Shown: piece by piece, positions 48,074 to 58,874 of the stretch
Numbering within the stretch: position 1 is the first letter of the stretch
Layout: every line of letters begins with the position of its first letter
Origin: Acidobacteriota bacterium
GTDB taxonomy: Bacteria > Acidobacteriota > Thermoanaerobaculia > Multivoradales > J023
DNA: 64,000 nucleotides
Assembly: GCA_029263315.1 (NCBI GenBank)
Contig: JAJCXR010000048.1
Coordinates: 265,768-329,767 of the forward strand
Reading direction: 5' to 3'
Program-made: the position numbers and the translations under genes
The notes under the pieces: generated by a model
Told to the model about the DNA's origin: nothing
Databases searched by the model: none
What the model saw: only the letters and a program-made list of their open reading frames with translations

Positions 48074-48588
48074 CCTCGCGACAAGTACTTGCACCGCAGC
48101 ACCTCGACGTGGTGCCGCTCGTGGCCGGCGACGATGAAAATCAAGGCCCGCACGGTGAAGCCGAGGCCGGACGCCGTGCCCACCCGATTGAGGATGGTCT
48201 CGTCAAAGCTCCTGAGCAAGGCCAGGGCCGCCAAACGAAGATGCCGGAGCTCCTGCAACAGGCCATCGATGGATCGCTGGTGGTGATTGGACCCGGCAGC
48301 AAAGTCGTCCGGGTCCATGCCGGGCATCGGCGTCTGATCGCCACGGGCAATCCGCAGGATGCGATTGAGGAGGACCCACTCGGTGTCCAATACGTGGCCC
48401 ACCACTTCGTTGACCGACCACTTGCCCGGCCCATAGCGGTATTGCTGCTGCGCGGCGTCGAGCCCAGCCAGCAACTCGCAGGTGGCTTCCATTTGCTGCT
48501 CCAGCAATTGCAGCACATCTCCGGCCGGCACTTGCTCGATATAGCGCTGGTAATAGGCGTCGCACTCCTCCGCCGTCGGACGTTGCAT
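48070..48588 (-). CDS. DinB/YfiT-like (DinB_2) metal-dependent hydrolase family protein
   Basis: His triad pattern 'VGHVLDTEW ... AGHERHH'; start at MQRPTAEE (track 48612). Confidence 0.65.
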   Translation of the reverse strand: MQRPTAEECDAYYQRYIEQVPAGDVLQLLEQQMEATCELLAGLDAAQQQYRYGPGKWSVNEVVGHVLDTEWVLLNRILRIARGDQTPMPGMDPDDFAAGSNHHQRSIDGLLQELRHLRLAALALLRSFDETILNRVGTASGLGFTVRALIFIVAGHERHHVEVLRCKYLSRG

Positions 48589-48700
48589 GGCTACCGTTGA
48601 ATTCAAAATCATCTCCTCGCGGACTCGGGTTGTGTCTCGTCATCGCCGGGCCGAGCCGAAGATCGTCTCGGGGCCCGCCGTCGGTCGCCGTCCTTGCCCC

Positions 48701-48790
48701 TCAGCGCTCATCCTCAAACGCTTGGTCCCCCAACGCTTTCTCGCCCAACGCTTCGTTCTTCAAACCTTCGTCCCTCAAACTTTGGTCCCT
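48701..48790. repeat. ~15-16 bp degenerate tandem repeat (caacgcttnnnnnncc) x 5 in intergenic region
   Basis: ctcaaacgcttggtccc / ccaacgctttctcgcc / caacgcttcgttcttc / aaaccttcgtccct / caaactttggtccct. Confidence 0.75.
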
Positions 48791-49037
48791 TGCCCCCATC
48801 TGCTTATACTATGGCTTGGGGTTCGCAAAGAAACAGGTTCCCCGCATCGAGGGGGCAAGGGCGCGCCCCTTGCCAGGCGCGCCAAAGGGGCGTACTGGTG
48901 GTACGTCGCACCGAGCGCAACGCCGCGAGAAGGTGATGCAATTGTCCCCCAATGCGGAAGCTATTTTCGCGCGGCCCTTAGTTTGACTCCGTTCCCTGGT
49001 TTACTTCAACAGGCATTCTCAACCGGAAGGAGAGCCC

Positions 49038-51194
49038 ATGAACCCCAGCTCCGGGCGGCCATTGCCGCTCCATTGGCCCATTGCCTCGATCTTGTCTTGC
49101 CTGATCGGCTTGACCTGGTTCGTCACCCCGCTGTCGGCCAACCCGACGGCCGACCCCACCCTCGAAAGCCGTGACTTCGACGCTCGCATCGCCCAGACCC
49201 AAAACCTGGAGGTGGCACCGACGCCTATCCAGCGGCAGCATCTACGGGCCTTTCGGCAACACCAAGCGGACCTACTGGTCAGCTTCGATGCCGTCACCGG
49301 CGTCACCCGCAGCCTCTACAACCCCCTCGGCTACTTGAGCGACAGCCAATCCGGCGACGCCCTGACCTCGAGCCAAGCCTTCCTGCAGCAGCATCTTCCG
49401 CTGCTCGGTTTGAGCAGTGACGATATCGCCGACTTCGAGATCACCGACGATGTGGTGTCGACCCCCACCGGGGCCCGGCGCATCTACCTACGCCAAACCC
49501 TTGGCGGCTTGCCGGTCTTCAACGGCCAACTGCATTTCAACTTCAATCGCGACGGACGGCTGATCAGCCTCAACAACGCCTTCTTCCCGAACCTCGCCCA
49601 GGCTGTGCCGTCCGCCGTCCCCACCTTGGCTGCCCCCCAGGCCCTCGGCTTGGCGGCGCAGCATCTGGGAATCGCCCCGGAAAGCGCGCCGACGATGCTG
49701 CAAGCCGCCGTCGGCAACCAGCAACGAACCTTGCTGCGCTGGTCGGAAATATCCTACGAGGACATCGAAGCGCAGCTCATGTGGCTGCCGGTGCAGAAGG
49801 GTCAAGTCGAGCTGGTGTGGAATTTCCAACTCTTCACCACCGATCGCCTGCACATGTACGACTTCAACGTCGACGCCCACTCCGGCCAGCTGTGGAGCCG
49901 CTTCGATTGGATCGACGACGCCAGCTATCGCGTTTTCCAACAGCCGGTGGAGAGCCCGAATCATTCCACCATGCCGCCTCCCGCCGATGGTCGTATGCTG
50001 ATCGTCAACCCTGAGAACGCCACGGCGTCGCCCTTGGGCTGGCATGACAACGGCTCCACCAGCTTCACCACCATGCAAGGCAACAACGTGCACGCCTTCG
50101 ACGATCTCGACGGCAACAATCTGCCCCCGGCCGTCGAGCCGGACTGCGGCGCCGGGCTGCTGTGTGATTTCGACAGCCCGATCGATTTCTCCACCGACGA
50201 CCCGACCGCCTATACCAGCGCTTCGGTGGCTAACCTCTTCTACTGGGCCAATACCATCCACGATATCCAGTACCAATATGGCTTCGACGAGGCGGCCGGC
50301 AACTTTCAGACCAACAACTTCGCCAATGGTGGCTCCGGCAACGACGACGTCACCGCCTTCACCCAGAAGTCCGGCTCCCCGTGCCCCAACAACGCCTTCT
50401 TCGGCACCCCGCCGGACGGTTCGTCGCCCAATATGTTCATGTGCCTGTGGACCCCCTCGACCCCGCGACGGGACTTCTCTTTCGACAACGGAGTGGTCAT
50501 CCACGAGTACGGCCACGGCATCTCCAATCGCCTGGTGGGTGGCCCCAGCAACGTCAGTTGCCTGGGCAACAATCAGCAGCCGGGGGAAGGTCTCAGCGAT
50601 TGGTGGTCCTTGGCCTACACCGGTGAGGTGGGAGATGCCGGTACCGATGTTCGGGGCTCCGGCACCTACATCTTGGGGCAGCCCCTGGGCGGTCCCGGCG
50701 TGCGCACCCAGCCCTACAGCACCGACCCGGCGGTCAATAACCACACCTACGCCAGCATCAACGGCATGAGCATTCCCCATGGTGTCGGCGAGGTCTGGGC
50801 ACAGGCCGCTTGGGAAGCCTACTGGGCCCTTGTCGATGTGCATGGATTCGACGCCGACCTCTACGATGTCGACGGTGGCGCCGGCAACCAGCGCATGATG
50901 CTCTACGTCAACGAAGGTTTGAAAAACACCGCTTGCTCGCCCACCTTCACCGATGTGCGGGACGGCATCATCCAAGCCGCCACCGACAACTACGGTGGGG
51001 TCGATGTTTGTCGTCTGTGGGAGGCCTTCGCCGCCTTCGGCCTGGGCACCGATGCTGTCAGCGGTGGGTCCAGCAGCACCTCACCGAGCAATGGTTTTGC
51101 CATTCCGATGGCCTGTGAGGGAGCCGGTGGCGCCATCTTCGACGACGGCTTCGAGAGCGGTAGCGTCGACGCCTGGTCGACGACGTTCCCCTGA
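49038..51194 (+). CDS. secreted M36 (fungalysin-family) zinc metalloprotease
   Basis: signal peptide; 'HEYGHGISNRL' HExxH + fungalysin-type 'GEGLSDWW'; propeptide-like N-region. Confidence 0.85.
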   Translation: MNPSSGRPLPLHWPIASILSCLIGLTWFVTPLSANPTADPTLESRDFDARIAQTQNLEVAPTPIQRQHLRAFRQHQADLLVSFDAVTGVTRSLYNPLGYLSDSQSGDALTSSQAFLQQHLPLLGLSSDDIADFEITDDVVSTPTGARRIYLRQTLGGLPVFNGQLHFNFNRDGRLISLNNAFFPNLAQAVPSAVPTLAAPQALGLAAQHLGIAPESAPTMLQAAVGNQQRTLLRWSEISYEDIEAQLMWLPVQKGQVELVWNFQLFTTDRLHMYDFNVDAHSGQLWSRFDWIDDASYRVFQQPVESPNHSTMPPPADGRMLIVNPENATASPLGWHDNGSTSFTTMQGNNVHAFDDLDGNNLPPAVEPDCGAGLLCDFDSPIDFSTDDPTAYTSASVANLFYWANTIHDIQYQYGFDEAAGNFQTNNFANGGSGNDDVTAFTQKSGSPCPNNAFFGTPPDGSSPNMFMCLWTPSTPRRDFSFDNGVVIHEYGHGISNRLVGGPSNVSCLGNNQQPGEGLSDWWSLAYTGEVGDAGTDVRGSGTYILGQPLGGPGVRTQPYSTDPAVNNHTYASINGMSIPHGVGEVWAQAAWEAYWALVDVHGFDADLYDVDGGAGNQRMMLYVNEGLKNTACSPTFTDVRDGIIQAATDNYGGVDVCRLWEAFAAFGLGTDAVSGGSSSTSPSNGFAIPMACEGAGGAIFDDGFESGSVDAWSTTFP

Positions 51195-51320
51195 TCGTCT
51201 AGCCATCGTCCTCGACGCGTACCCAGGCCCCTTGTGCTCAGCACAGGGGGCCTTTGCTGTTGGCGCCACGGGTGATGTCCGTAGCGGAAAGGGCTGAGAT
51301 AGAGTGCCGGCTAGCATCAG

Positions 51321-51368
51321 GTCCTCAAGGCGATCAGTGCTCAAGGCGAGCAGTGCTCAAGGCGATCC
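51321..51368. repeat. 16-bp tandem repeat (gtgctcaaggcgatca) x 3 upstream of the cytochrome-like gene
   Basis: gtcctcaaggcgatca / gtgctcaaggcgagca / gtgctcaaggcgatcc. Confidence 0.85.
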
Positions 51369-51396
51369 CACCTTACGGCGTCCCAAAGGAGAGACC

Positions 51397-53667
51397 ATGG
51401 CCACCGCACGCAGGTTCTGCATCACGCCTTTGTTCTTTGCTCCTAGCCGCTGGCTGAGTGCCGGCCTGCTGCTGCTCTGCCTGGCCTGCGCAGGTCCCGA
51501 GGAAGACTCGGTGGTGACCACCCCTGGGCCGCCCTTGGACCTCGACCGTAGCGAGCTGTTCAATTTCATCACCACCGGCGATCCGCAACGGCAACAACCG
51601 GTCGGTACCCTGCCCTCCGACCCCTTCTACGGCTCCTGGCAGCTGTTCCCCGGCCCGGCGGGCAATGCCGATGAATTCCACGACAAACGCCTCGGCCTCG
51701 CCACCCATGGACGTTGGGTGACGGTGTACGTCAACCCGACGGCCGAGCAGGCCATCCGGGCCCACTTGTCCGCCGTCGCCGAGGCGGGGGGCGAGATCCC
51801 CGCCGTCGACATGCCCGACGGCTCGATCATCGTCAAGGTCAACTATCCCAACATCAACGAGCCGGGAGTCATCGCCCGTTCCGACGCCCCCGCCGTGCTC
51901 ACCGTCCTCTACAAGCCGGGCAATGGGCTGTGTCAGTCGGGGGCCACCTTCAACGGCAGCGTCTGCCTTGGTGGCGGTTGGATGTGGGCCTTCTACGGCA
52001 TCGATGCGCCCCATCTTCCCCGCGATGTCTTCGATAAATTTGTCGGTGAGAATGCCGGTGCCTTCTGCATCAACTGCCATGACCCGGCGTTTCACAACGA
52101 CTACCTGCGCGGCCTGGAGCGTCTCTCCCGCAACCTCGCCCATGGCCAGAGGCCCACCCGTGACCCCGCCCCGCCGCCCAGCATCGACGACGCCGACCCC
52201 CTGTGCAAGGTACCTCAGTTGTCCTCCGTCTTGCCTTCCGATGTGGCGGTCGATCCCCTGAGCTTGCCGGCGGAGCAACGGCAACGCCTGTTCGATTGCT
52301 TCTCCTGGCGCGCCTTCGTGGCCCTCAACTGGCCCGCCGACCGGGCACAGCGGGGCCGACCCGACAGCGGCGTCGCCTTTGGTGATTTCAGCGACCGCCG
52401 GGAAACCGTCTGGGAGACCTACAAAGCCACCTACGAGCTGTTTCAACCGCAGGATGCCGACTGGGACCCCACGGATCCACAGAATCCGGCGTCGCAATTC
52501 AATGCCCCCCGTCCCGTGCCCGCCAGTTGCCAGAGCATGGAGGAGGAGGGACCCAACCGACCCGTGATGTCGATGATCAGCAAGTCGAATTCGCGCTTCG
52601 ACGATACGCCGCCGGATGTGGCCAACGAAACGGGCCAGGCCTTCGCCGGGCAATTTGGCACCTTGACCGACCGCAACGGTAACCTGGCGCGCTACCAGGT
52701 GCTATTCAATGAAACGGAATTCGACTTCCTGCGCCCCAGCGCCATCACCAAAGACCTCACCCCCGGCGGCCCCGGAGGCGGCCAGGACGTCTACTTCCCG
52801 GACGGCTCCTTGGAGGTCAAGGCCGCCTGGAAGATCCTTTGCACGCCGCAGGACGTGGCGGCGGGTTCCTGCACCGTGGCCGACGACATCGACACCTTCT
52901 ACCGTCGGCAGGTCTATCTCTACGACGCCGCAAGCGACCACTGTGAAACCTCACAGGTCGGTCTGATCGGCCTGCATCTCATCACCAAGACCTTCTGGGC
53001 GCCGCAGTGGATATGGGGCACCTTCGAGCATGTCAACAACGTGCCCCCGGCGGGCCAAAGCGGGGACGGCTACAGCTTCTTCGACGCCAGCTGCAAACCC
53101 CAGCCCGGTCATTTCCCCGTCGTCGCCTGCTCGGCCCAACCCTTCCTGGCGCCCGAGGGCAAGGCGGATCCCTGCTGCCCCAACGCCCTGCTCAACCGTT
53201 GGCCAGACATCGGCTTCGGCTCGCGGCCCAATCAGCTCACCCGCCTCGATCCGATCGACGGCTCGGACCTCAACTCGGCTTTCCAAGCCCTGATGGCAGC
53301 CAAAAACCCGGTCTTCGGCAACTATGCGCTGGTGCGCACCCAGTGGCCCCTGCACGGTCGTCGTCCGATGGCGGCGGGCCAGCCCTTGCCGGTCAACATG
53401 GAGCTGTGCGGCAGCCAGCAGGACGACTCCAGCAATCCGTTGCGGGGCGACGAAGGCAGCAAAAAGGACCCGAGCTGCTACACCGCCATCCCGGAGTTTT
53501 CCCGCAACAGCGTCATCGAGTCCTTCATGACCACCTACGTCGCCGACCAGGCCGGCGACGTGCACCAAGTCTCCAACCGGTCCTGCATGGGCTGCCACAA
53601 GGCCGGCACCGACTTCAGCTACATTTGGCTGGATGCCGTGGAGCAGATCGTCCCCATCGCGCCCTAG
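51397..53667 (+). CDS. large secreted/lipoprotein-like protein with two c-type haem-binding motifs (CxxCH)
   Basis: signal sequence 'LSAGLLLLCLACAG'; 'FCINCHDPAF' and 'SCMGCHKAG' CxxCH motifs ~530 aa apart; aaaggagag SD before ATG 51397. Confidence 0.6.
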   Translation: MATARRFCITPLFFAPSRWLSAGLLLLCLACAGPEEDSVVTTPGPPLDLDRSELFNFITTGDPQRQQPVGTLPSDPFYGSWQLFPGPAGNADEFHDKRLGLATHGRWVTVYVNPTAEQAIRAHLSAVAEAGGEIPAVDMPDGSIIVKVNYPNINEPGVIARSDAPAVLTVLYKPGNGLCQSGATFNGSVCLGGGWMWAFYGIDAPHLPRDVFDKFVGENAGAFCINCHDPAFHNDYLRGLERLSRNLAHGQRPTRDPAPPPSIDDADPLCKVPQLSSVLPSDVAVDPLSLPAEQRQRLFDCFSWRAFVALNWPADRAQRGRPDSGVAFGDFSDRRETVWETYKATYELFQPQDADWDPTDPQNPASQFNAPRPVPASCQSMEEEGPNRPVMSMISKSNSRFDDTPPDVANETGQAFAGQFGTLTDRNGNLARYQVLFNETEFDFLRPSAITKDLTPGGPGGGQDVYFPDGSLEVKAAWKILCTPQDVAAGSCTVADDIDTFYRRQVYLYDAASDHCETSQVGLIGLHLITKTFWAPQWIWGTFEHVNNVPPAGQSGDGYSFFDASCKPQPGHFPVVACSAQPFLAPEGKADPCCPNALLNRWPDIGFGSRPNQLTRLDPIDGSDLNSAFQALMAAKNPVFGNYALVRTQWPLHGRRPMAAGQPLPVNMELCGSQQDDSSNPLRGDEGSKKDPSCYTAIPEFSRNSVIESFMTTYVADQAGDVHQVSNRSCMGCHKAGTDFSYIWLDAVEQIVPIAP

Positions 53668-53730
53668 AGCTAGGTCCTAGAGCTCCGTCCTAGAGCTCCG
53701 TCCTAGGGCGACCGTGCGCCCTGGAGCTAC
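53661..53730. repeat. 13-bp tandem repeat (gtcctagagctcc) x 4-5 between two convergent genes
   Basis: gccctagagctag / gtcctagagctcc / gtcctagagctcc / gtcctagggcgacc / ... Confidence 0.85.
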
Positions 53731-54782
53731 TCCGCCAGTCGGGCCAGCTCGTCATCGATCATGGCGGTGATCTGCTCGCTGGGCGGACGGCCCCCTTGCA
53801 GCTCCAGGAGTCGTCCGTTGACCAAGAAGGTCGGGGTACCGCTGACTCCGGCGGCCCGTCCAGCGGCCATCTGGCGCCGCACCTCAGCGGCGCTCTCACC
53901 GCCGTCGAGGCAGGTGGAGAAAGCGGTCATATCGAGCCCAAGATCCTTGGCCCGTTGCTCGAGATCGCCGGGGGTCAGCTTCTTGGGTTGGGCAAAAAGG
54001 CCATCGTGCATGGGCCAGAAATCACCTTGGGCATCGGCACAGAGGGCGGCCTCGGCGGCCTTGAAGGCCTGCGGGTGAATCGAGGTCAGCGGAAACTGCA
54101 TGAAGACCAGCCGCACTTGATCGCCGTAGGATGTCAGGACTTCGTCCAGCACCGGGTTGATGCGCTGGCAGTAGGGACATTGAAAGTCGGAGAATTCCAC
54201 CAGGGTCACCGCTGCCGTCGCTGATCCTTTGCTCGGCGCCGTGCCGAGATCGATGGCCGCACGCTGGGGTTCGAGGAAGGTCACCACCGGGATCTCGCTC
54301 CTCAGCTCCTTGACCAAGGCCCCCCGCGCCTCTTGCTGCCGTTGCTGCTCGAGGAACGAGCGAATTTGGTCTTCCACCGCCTCCTTGGGCTGCCGCACCC
54401 GTTGCTGATTGGCCTCGTACCAGGCATCGATGTCCGCGTCCGTCACCGCCGTCGAACGGCTCTGTGTCGCCTCCAGCAGCAAGGCGTCCACCTCGACACC
54501 TCGCCGGCCGGCCGCTACGCTCAATAGGCGCTGCTCCACCAATCGCTGCAAACCCGCTTCGAGGATCTGATGGCGTTGACGATCCAGCTCCCGCAAGGCA
54601 TCTCCAGTGAACGCCTCGAGCTCCTGCAACGAGACGGCCTGGCCATCGACCTGCGCCACCACCGGCGGCAGCTCACCGGCGGCGGGCGGCAACGCCCACA
54701 GGTAGCTCGGCAAAGCGCCGGCCACCAGCACCAGGATCAGGAACATCAAACGACGGTTGAAGATCAAGCTTTCAGTCGACAT
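53727..54782 (-). CDS. DsbA-family thiol:disulfide oxidoreductase with N-terminal TM and SurA-N-like chaperone region
   Basis: 'FSDFQCPYCQR' CxxC thioredoxin motif; aggag SD before ATG 54782. Confidence 0.8.
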   Translation of the reverse strand: MSTESLIFNRRLMFLILVLVAGALPSYLWALPPAAGELPPVVAQVDGQAVSLQELEAFTGDALRELDRQRHQILEAGLQRLVEQRLLSVAAGRRGVEVDALLLEATQSRSTAVTDADIDAWYEANQQRVRQPKEAVEDQIRSFLEQQRQQEARGALVKELRSEIPVVTFLEPQRAAIDLGTAPSKGSATAAVTLVEFSDFQCPYCQRINPVLDEVLTSYGDQVRLVFMQFPLTSIHPQAFKAAEAALCADAQGDFWPMHDGLFAQPKKLTPGDLEQRAKDLGLDMTAFSTCLDGGESAAEVRRQMAAGRAAGVSGTPTFLVNGRLLELQGGRPPSEQITAMIDDELARLAE

Positions 54783-54978
54783 GGTCAAACTCCTACAGGC
54801 AATGAATAGGGCCACGGCGCCGTTGTAGTGCGACGGCCCAGCGGCCAGGGGATCGAGTCACCGAGCATCGGCGACGTCCCACTGAAGGTGCCATGTGGGG
54901 GCCTGCCCAACCTGAGATTTACCTCAGGTTCAGGTCAGATGAGGCTGAAAACTAGGCTCTCGGGCCAAAAACCGCAGC

Positions 54979-56073
54979 TCAAACCCCTGGAGTCGGCGCC
55001 GGGACGCCCTGCGGTCTCCACCCTTCGGGCCGCTCACTGGCGGCGGCGGTGGACGCCGCTTCGACGACGATACGGCGCACCTCGTCGGTGATCGAGCCGG
55101 CCAGATCCCTTTGGATCAACAGGGCATCCTCCACTTGCCTTTCGTAGGAACCGCCCCACAGCAAACGACCGCTGGCCGTATCCACCAACTGCACCGACAG
55201 CCACAGACGCTCCCCCGAGCGGATGACCGAACCTTCGATCACCAGATCCGCCTCCAGCTCGGAAGTGACAGCCCCCAAACTCCAGGGCTGGTTCAACGTC
55301 CGGGTGGCCAGGCTCGGCAGCACTTCCAGGGGCACCGCCTCCGCCAAATCGACCACCAGCATTTCGGTGAGACCGCCGGCAAAACCGTCCTCGCCGCAGG
55401 TTTCGCCAAAGGAGTGCAAGGGTAGGACGGCGAGGGAGGCGAGACGCGGCGCCGTCTCAGCCGCTTCGATCGGCATCGAGACGGGCTCGGCCGCCGCCTC
55501 CGGAGCCGGCGAACGTCCGACGGACCCAGCGATGACGACGGCCACCAACAAGGCGGCCAAACCCGTCGACATCAGGGCCCTACGGTTGAGCCCACGGAGC
55601 GGCGCCGCGGGCGCAGGCGGCTCCGAAGCGTCTGGGGTTTCGATGCCGCCAAGCGCCGACACCGCTTCGGGGCCGTCGGTTGTCCCGGGGGAGACGGCGA
55701 CCGGTCTATCCACAGCCACAGGCCCTCGGGGGGAGGAGGTAGCCTCGGCCACGGTCAAGGGCTCCACCTCGGCCATCAAGCGGTAGCCACCCTTGCGAAT
55801 GGTCTCGATGAAGCGGGGCCGGCGAGCGCTGTCGTTCAACGCCTTGCGCAACTCGTAGATCACCGTGGTCAACGATTCATCGCTGGTGAAGGCACCCTCC
55901 CAGACCCGCTCGATGAGCTCTTCCTTGCGTACCACCTCACCGGGCCGGGAAGCCAAGCAGACGAGCACCGCCATCACCTTGTGGCTGACCACTCGGGCTT
56001 CGACGTCGTCGCCACAAATGCGGTGCAAGGGGGGCTCAATGGTCCAAGGACCCATACGGAAGGGTTGTGTCAT
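54979..56073 (-). CDS. membrane-anchored winged-helix (OmpR/CadC-type trans_reg_C) transcriptional regulator
   Basis: N-terminal 'EELIERVWEG...TVIYELRKAL...ETIRKGGYRL' wHTH; central TM 'LAALLVAVVIAG'; C-terminal periplasmic domain. Confidence 0.7.
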   Translation of the reverse strand: MTQPFRMGPWTIEPPLHRICGDDVEARVVSHKVMAVLVCLASRPGEVVRKEELIERVWEGAFTSDESLTTVIYELRKALNDSARRPRFIETIRKGGYRLMAEVEPLTVAEATSSPRGPVAVDRPVAVSPGTTDGPEAVSALGGIETPDASEPPAPAAPLRGLNRRALMSTGLAALLVAVVIAGSVGRSPAPEAAAEPVSMPIEAAETAPRLASLAVLPLHSFGETCGEDGFAGGLTEMLVVDLAEAVPLEVLPSLATRTLNQPWSLGAVTSELEADLVIEGSVIRSGERLWLSVQLVDTASGRLLWGGSYERQVEDALLIQRDLAGSITDEVRRIVVEAASTAAASERPEGWRPQGVPAPTPGV

Positions 56074-56167
56074 GGTGCTCCAAGGGTCGATTCGACCGCG
56101 GGCCCCAGTCTACAACGTCTGCGCTCGAGCGCTCCCCGGTGAAGGTCCGCGGGGGGAGTCGAATGGC

Positions 56168-58753
56168 TCAGGGGCTGGTCGCCGACCAACCGCCGGCGGT
56201 GCCGCCCTCGAAACCATCGTAGAACAGACCCGCGAAGCAACTGGCGGATACCTGAGCGTGGGTGATCTCGATATCGTCCAGGTACCAACCTTCCAAGGTC
56301 AACCCACCGTCGGTGGAGAAGATCCAACGCAGCTGAACCGTCTCCCCGGCGTAGGCGCTGAGATCGGCCGTAAACTCGTTGAAGCTCAGGTTGGTGCCGG
56401 TGAAGCTCGGCGAGCCGGTGGCGAAGCCGCAGGCATCGGAGCTCTGGATGAAGCTGCCCGGGTATCCCTGGTCGAGATCGATGCGGGTCCACTTGCCGCC
56501 TCCGTCCATGGTGATCTCCACCACTCCACCGTCGTAGCCGCTCTCGATCTCATAGGCGGTCCAGAAGCTCAGCCGGGGGCTCTGGGACGGCGTCAGCTCG
56601 ATCGGTGGCGTGCCCACCGAAATGCATTGCCCGTCGGCATAGGTGGAGAAGTAGCTGCGACTTCCGCTGTGCACGCGGGCATCGGAGGGTTCCCAGCCGA
56701 TGTGCTTGGAGGTCGGATCGGTGAAGGTGGCGCCGGTGGAGTAGATCACCGAGGGGTCCGTCAGCTCCGCCCCAGAGTTCCAAGCTCCATCGGAAATGGG
56801 GCCGGTGGGCGTGCCCACCAAGACCTGCAGATTGCTGTCTTCCGTGCCGCTGCCCAAATCCGTGGCGCGCACCGCATAGTAGTAATCCTCGGTGCGATCC
56901 ACCGTGCTGTCGGTGAAGGTCGTCGCGACGAGATCGGCGGCGATTCGATTGGCCTCGGAGGGCACAAAACCCGGGCCGTCTCCGCGGTAGACGTTGTAGG
57001 TCACCGAGCCACCGCAGTTGGCCGTGGCGGCGGTCCACGAAAGCTCCAGCGCACAGGTCGGCTCACCCAAATTGGTGATCGTATCGAGACCCGCGAAGAT
57101 CGGCGGCGCGTTGCAGGTTCCCGTCGTCGTCGCCGAGGCACAGGCAGACGGTGCCGATTCACAAAGGCCGGAATCGTCGGATTGGCTGACCTCATAGGCG
57201 TAGGCCACTCCGCCGGAGACGCTATCGCTGAAGGTCGTGCCCACCAGATCGCTGGCCACCAGCTGGCGCTGACCGCCGGGGCAAGCTCCGAACGAACGGT
57301 AGACGTTGAAGGTGCCGCCGGGCTCCCCCGCCGCCCAGCTCAGATCGATCTGGTTGTCTCCCGCCGCCATCGCCGCCAGGGCAGAAGGCTCGGCCGGATT
57401 GGTGCACAGGTTGGGCCACAGAACAAAGAGCCCCCCTTGGGTGCTACTGACCAGGACGACGCCACTTTCGAAGAAGGGATAGACGCTCCATGCACCTGAA
57501 GTCCCCGAAGCATCGCTGCCCGGCACCACATCGAAGAATGCGACCTCCTGCATATTGCCGTTGGCGATATCGGAAATATCGAAAATGCGCAGCCCGGCTC
57601 GATAGTTGGCCTGATAGGTGTAGTTGCCGCGCACATACTGATTGTGATCGCTGGCGGTGCTGGACGAGGTGAAAGGCACCATGGTGGGGGCCTCGAGATC
57701 GGAGACATCCCAGATGTAGGTCTTGGTGTTGTGCCCGAAGCTGAGCTCGTCGACCTCGTCGTCCAACAGGTGATAGACGTGATCCTCGGTCAGCCAACCT
57801 TGATGGGTGTAGCCGGAGCCCGAATAGCTATTGCGCGACAGCTGGAGCGGGTTGTTCTTGTCCGTCACATCGACGATGGTCAGAGTGTCCGTATTGGAGC
57901 CGAAGCAGATCTCATCCCCCTGATGCTCGACGTCGGGCCCTTGGTAGATCACGCATTGGGCGTCGTGGGTATAGCCATCGGCGCTGAAACAACCTGCGTC
58001 GACCGGCTGCACCGGATCCTGGATATCGATCATATGCAGGCCACCGTTGCAGGTGGCGGCGCCCACCGCATAGGCGAAACCGCTCTCCTCGTTGATGACG
58101 ATGTTGTGGGCGCTGCCGAAACCGTCGAAATGGGCCGTGTTGGAGAACACCACCGGCGGCGACGCCACATTGCGCAGATTCTTCAAGTCGAAGATCTGCA
58201 TACCGTGACCACCGGCCTCACTGACGATGAAGGCATGGTCGGCATACACCTTGATATCGCGCCAGCTGGAGTTGCTGGTGTGGGTGGGCAAGGTTCCGAT
58301 GAGGACGCCGTCGTCCGGGACTGACAGGTCGACAAAAGCCGTGCCGTTGTTCAACCCCATGAGCGCATACTCGGTTCCCGTCACGGGATCGGTCCAGCCC
58401 CAAAGATCGTTGCCGGCGCTGGCCCCGAGCTGGGCCGGCGAAAAGACCTCCAAGAGATCGACATTCAGGCAAGGGAACCCGTTGGCCATACCATTTTCAC
58501 AAGCCACGTGGTGTTCCGGAGAGGCGGGCAGATCCGTGTCTTCGGGCAGCGTCTCACCGTCCAAATGCGCATGGGTTGCGGGCCTTTGCGCGGGCGTTTG
58601 CGCCATCGAGACGGAGACCGGAGCCAAAAGCAGGAGCACGGCTGCACCGAGGATGGCAGACCGACTGTCGGCGGTCCAAGAAGTTAGAAGACCTGACGGC
58701 AAGAGACCTGAGGGAAAGAGACCTGGCGGAGAAATACCTAGGAGAAGCTTCAT
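56168..58753 (-). CDS. secreted multidomain protein: LVIVD-repeat beta-propeller (choice-of-anchor-B-like) + two FN3-like domains + C-terminal beta-sandwich
   Basis: signal peptide; LVIVD-like 'MQIFDL','LHMIDIQDP','LTIVDVTDKNNP','LRIFDISD'; FN3-like 'YNVYRGDG...YYYAVRATD'; ggagg SD before ATG 58753. Confidence 0.6.
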   Translation of the reverse strand: MKLLLGISPPGLFPSGLLPSGLLTSWTADSRSAILGAAVLLLLAPVSVSMAQTPAQRPATHAHLDGETLPEDTDLPASPEHHVACENGMANGFPCLNVDLLEVFSPAQLGASAGNDLWGWTDPVTGTEYALMGLNNGTAFVDLSVPDDGVLIGTLPTHTSNSSWRDIKVYADHAFIVSEAGGHGMQIFDLKNLRNVASPPVVFSNTAHFDGFGSAHNIVINEESGFAYAVGAATCNGGLHMIDIQDPVQPVDAGCFSADGYTHDAQCVIYQGPDVEHQGDEICFGSNTDTLTIVDVTDKNNPLQLSRNSYSGSGYTHQGWLTEDHVYHLLDDEVDELSFGHNTKTYIWDVSDLEAPTMVPFTSSSTASDHNQYVRGNYTYQANYRAGLRIFDISDIANGNMQEVAFFDVVPGSDASGTSGAWSVYPFFESGVVLVSSTQGGLFVLWPNLCTNPAEPSALAAMAAGDNQIDLSWAAGEPGGTFNVYRSFGACPGGQRQLVASDLVGTTFSDSVSGGVAYAYEVSQSDDSGLCESAPSACASATTTGTCNAPPIFAGLDTITNLGEPTCALELSWTAATANCGGSVTYNVYRGDGPGFVPSEANRIAADLVATTFTDSTVDRTEDYYYAVRATDLGSGTEDSNLQVLVGTPTGPISDGAWNSGAELTDPSVIYSTGATFTDPTSKHIGWEPSDARVHSGSRSYFSTYADGQCISVGTPPIELTPSQSPRLSFWTAYEIESGYDGGVVEITMDGGGKWTRIDLDQGYPGSFIQSSDACGFATGSPSFTGTNLSFNEFTADLSAYAGETVQLRWIFSTDGGLTLEGWYLDDIEITHAQVSASCFAGLFYDGFEGGTAGGWSATSP

Positions 58754-58874
58754 GATGACCTCCGATGCTGACCGTTGAATTTTCAGCGACGGTTCAGTAT
58801 AAGGTCTGCTGTCGAAAAGCGCATCCTCCGGCAAGACGGGATGACCATCGAAGCCCGAGCCTCAACATCGACTA

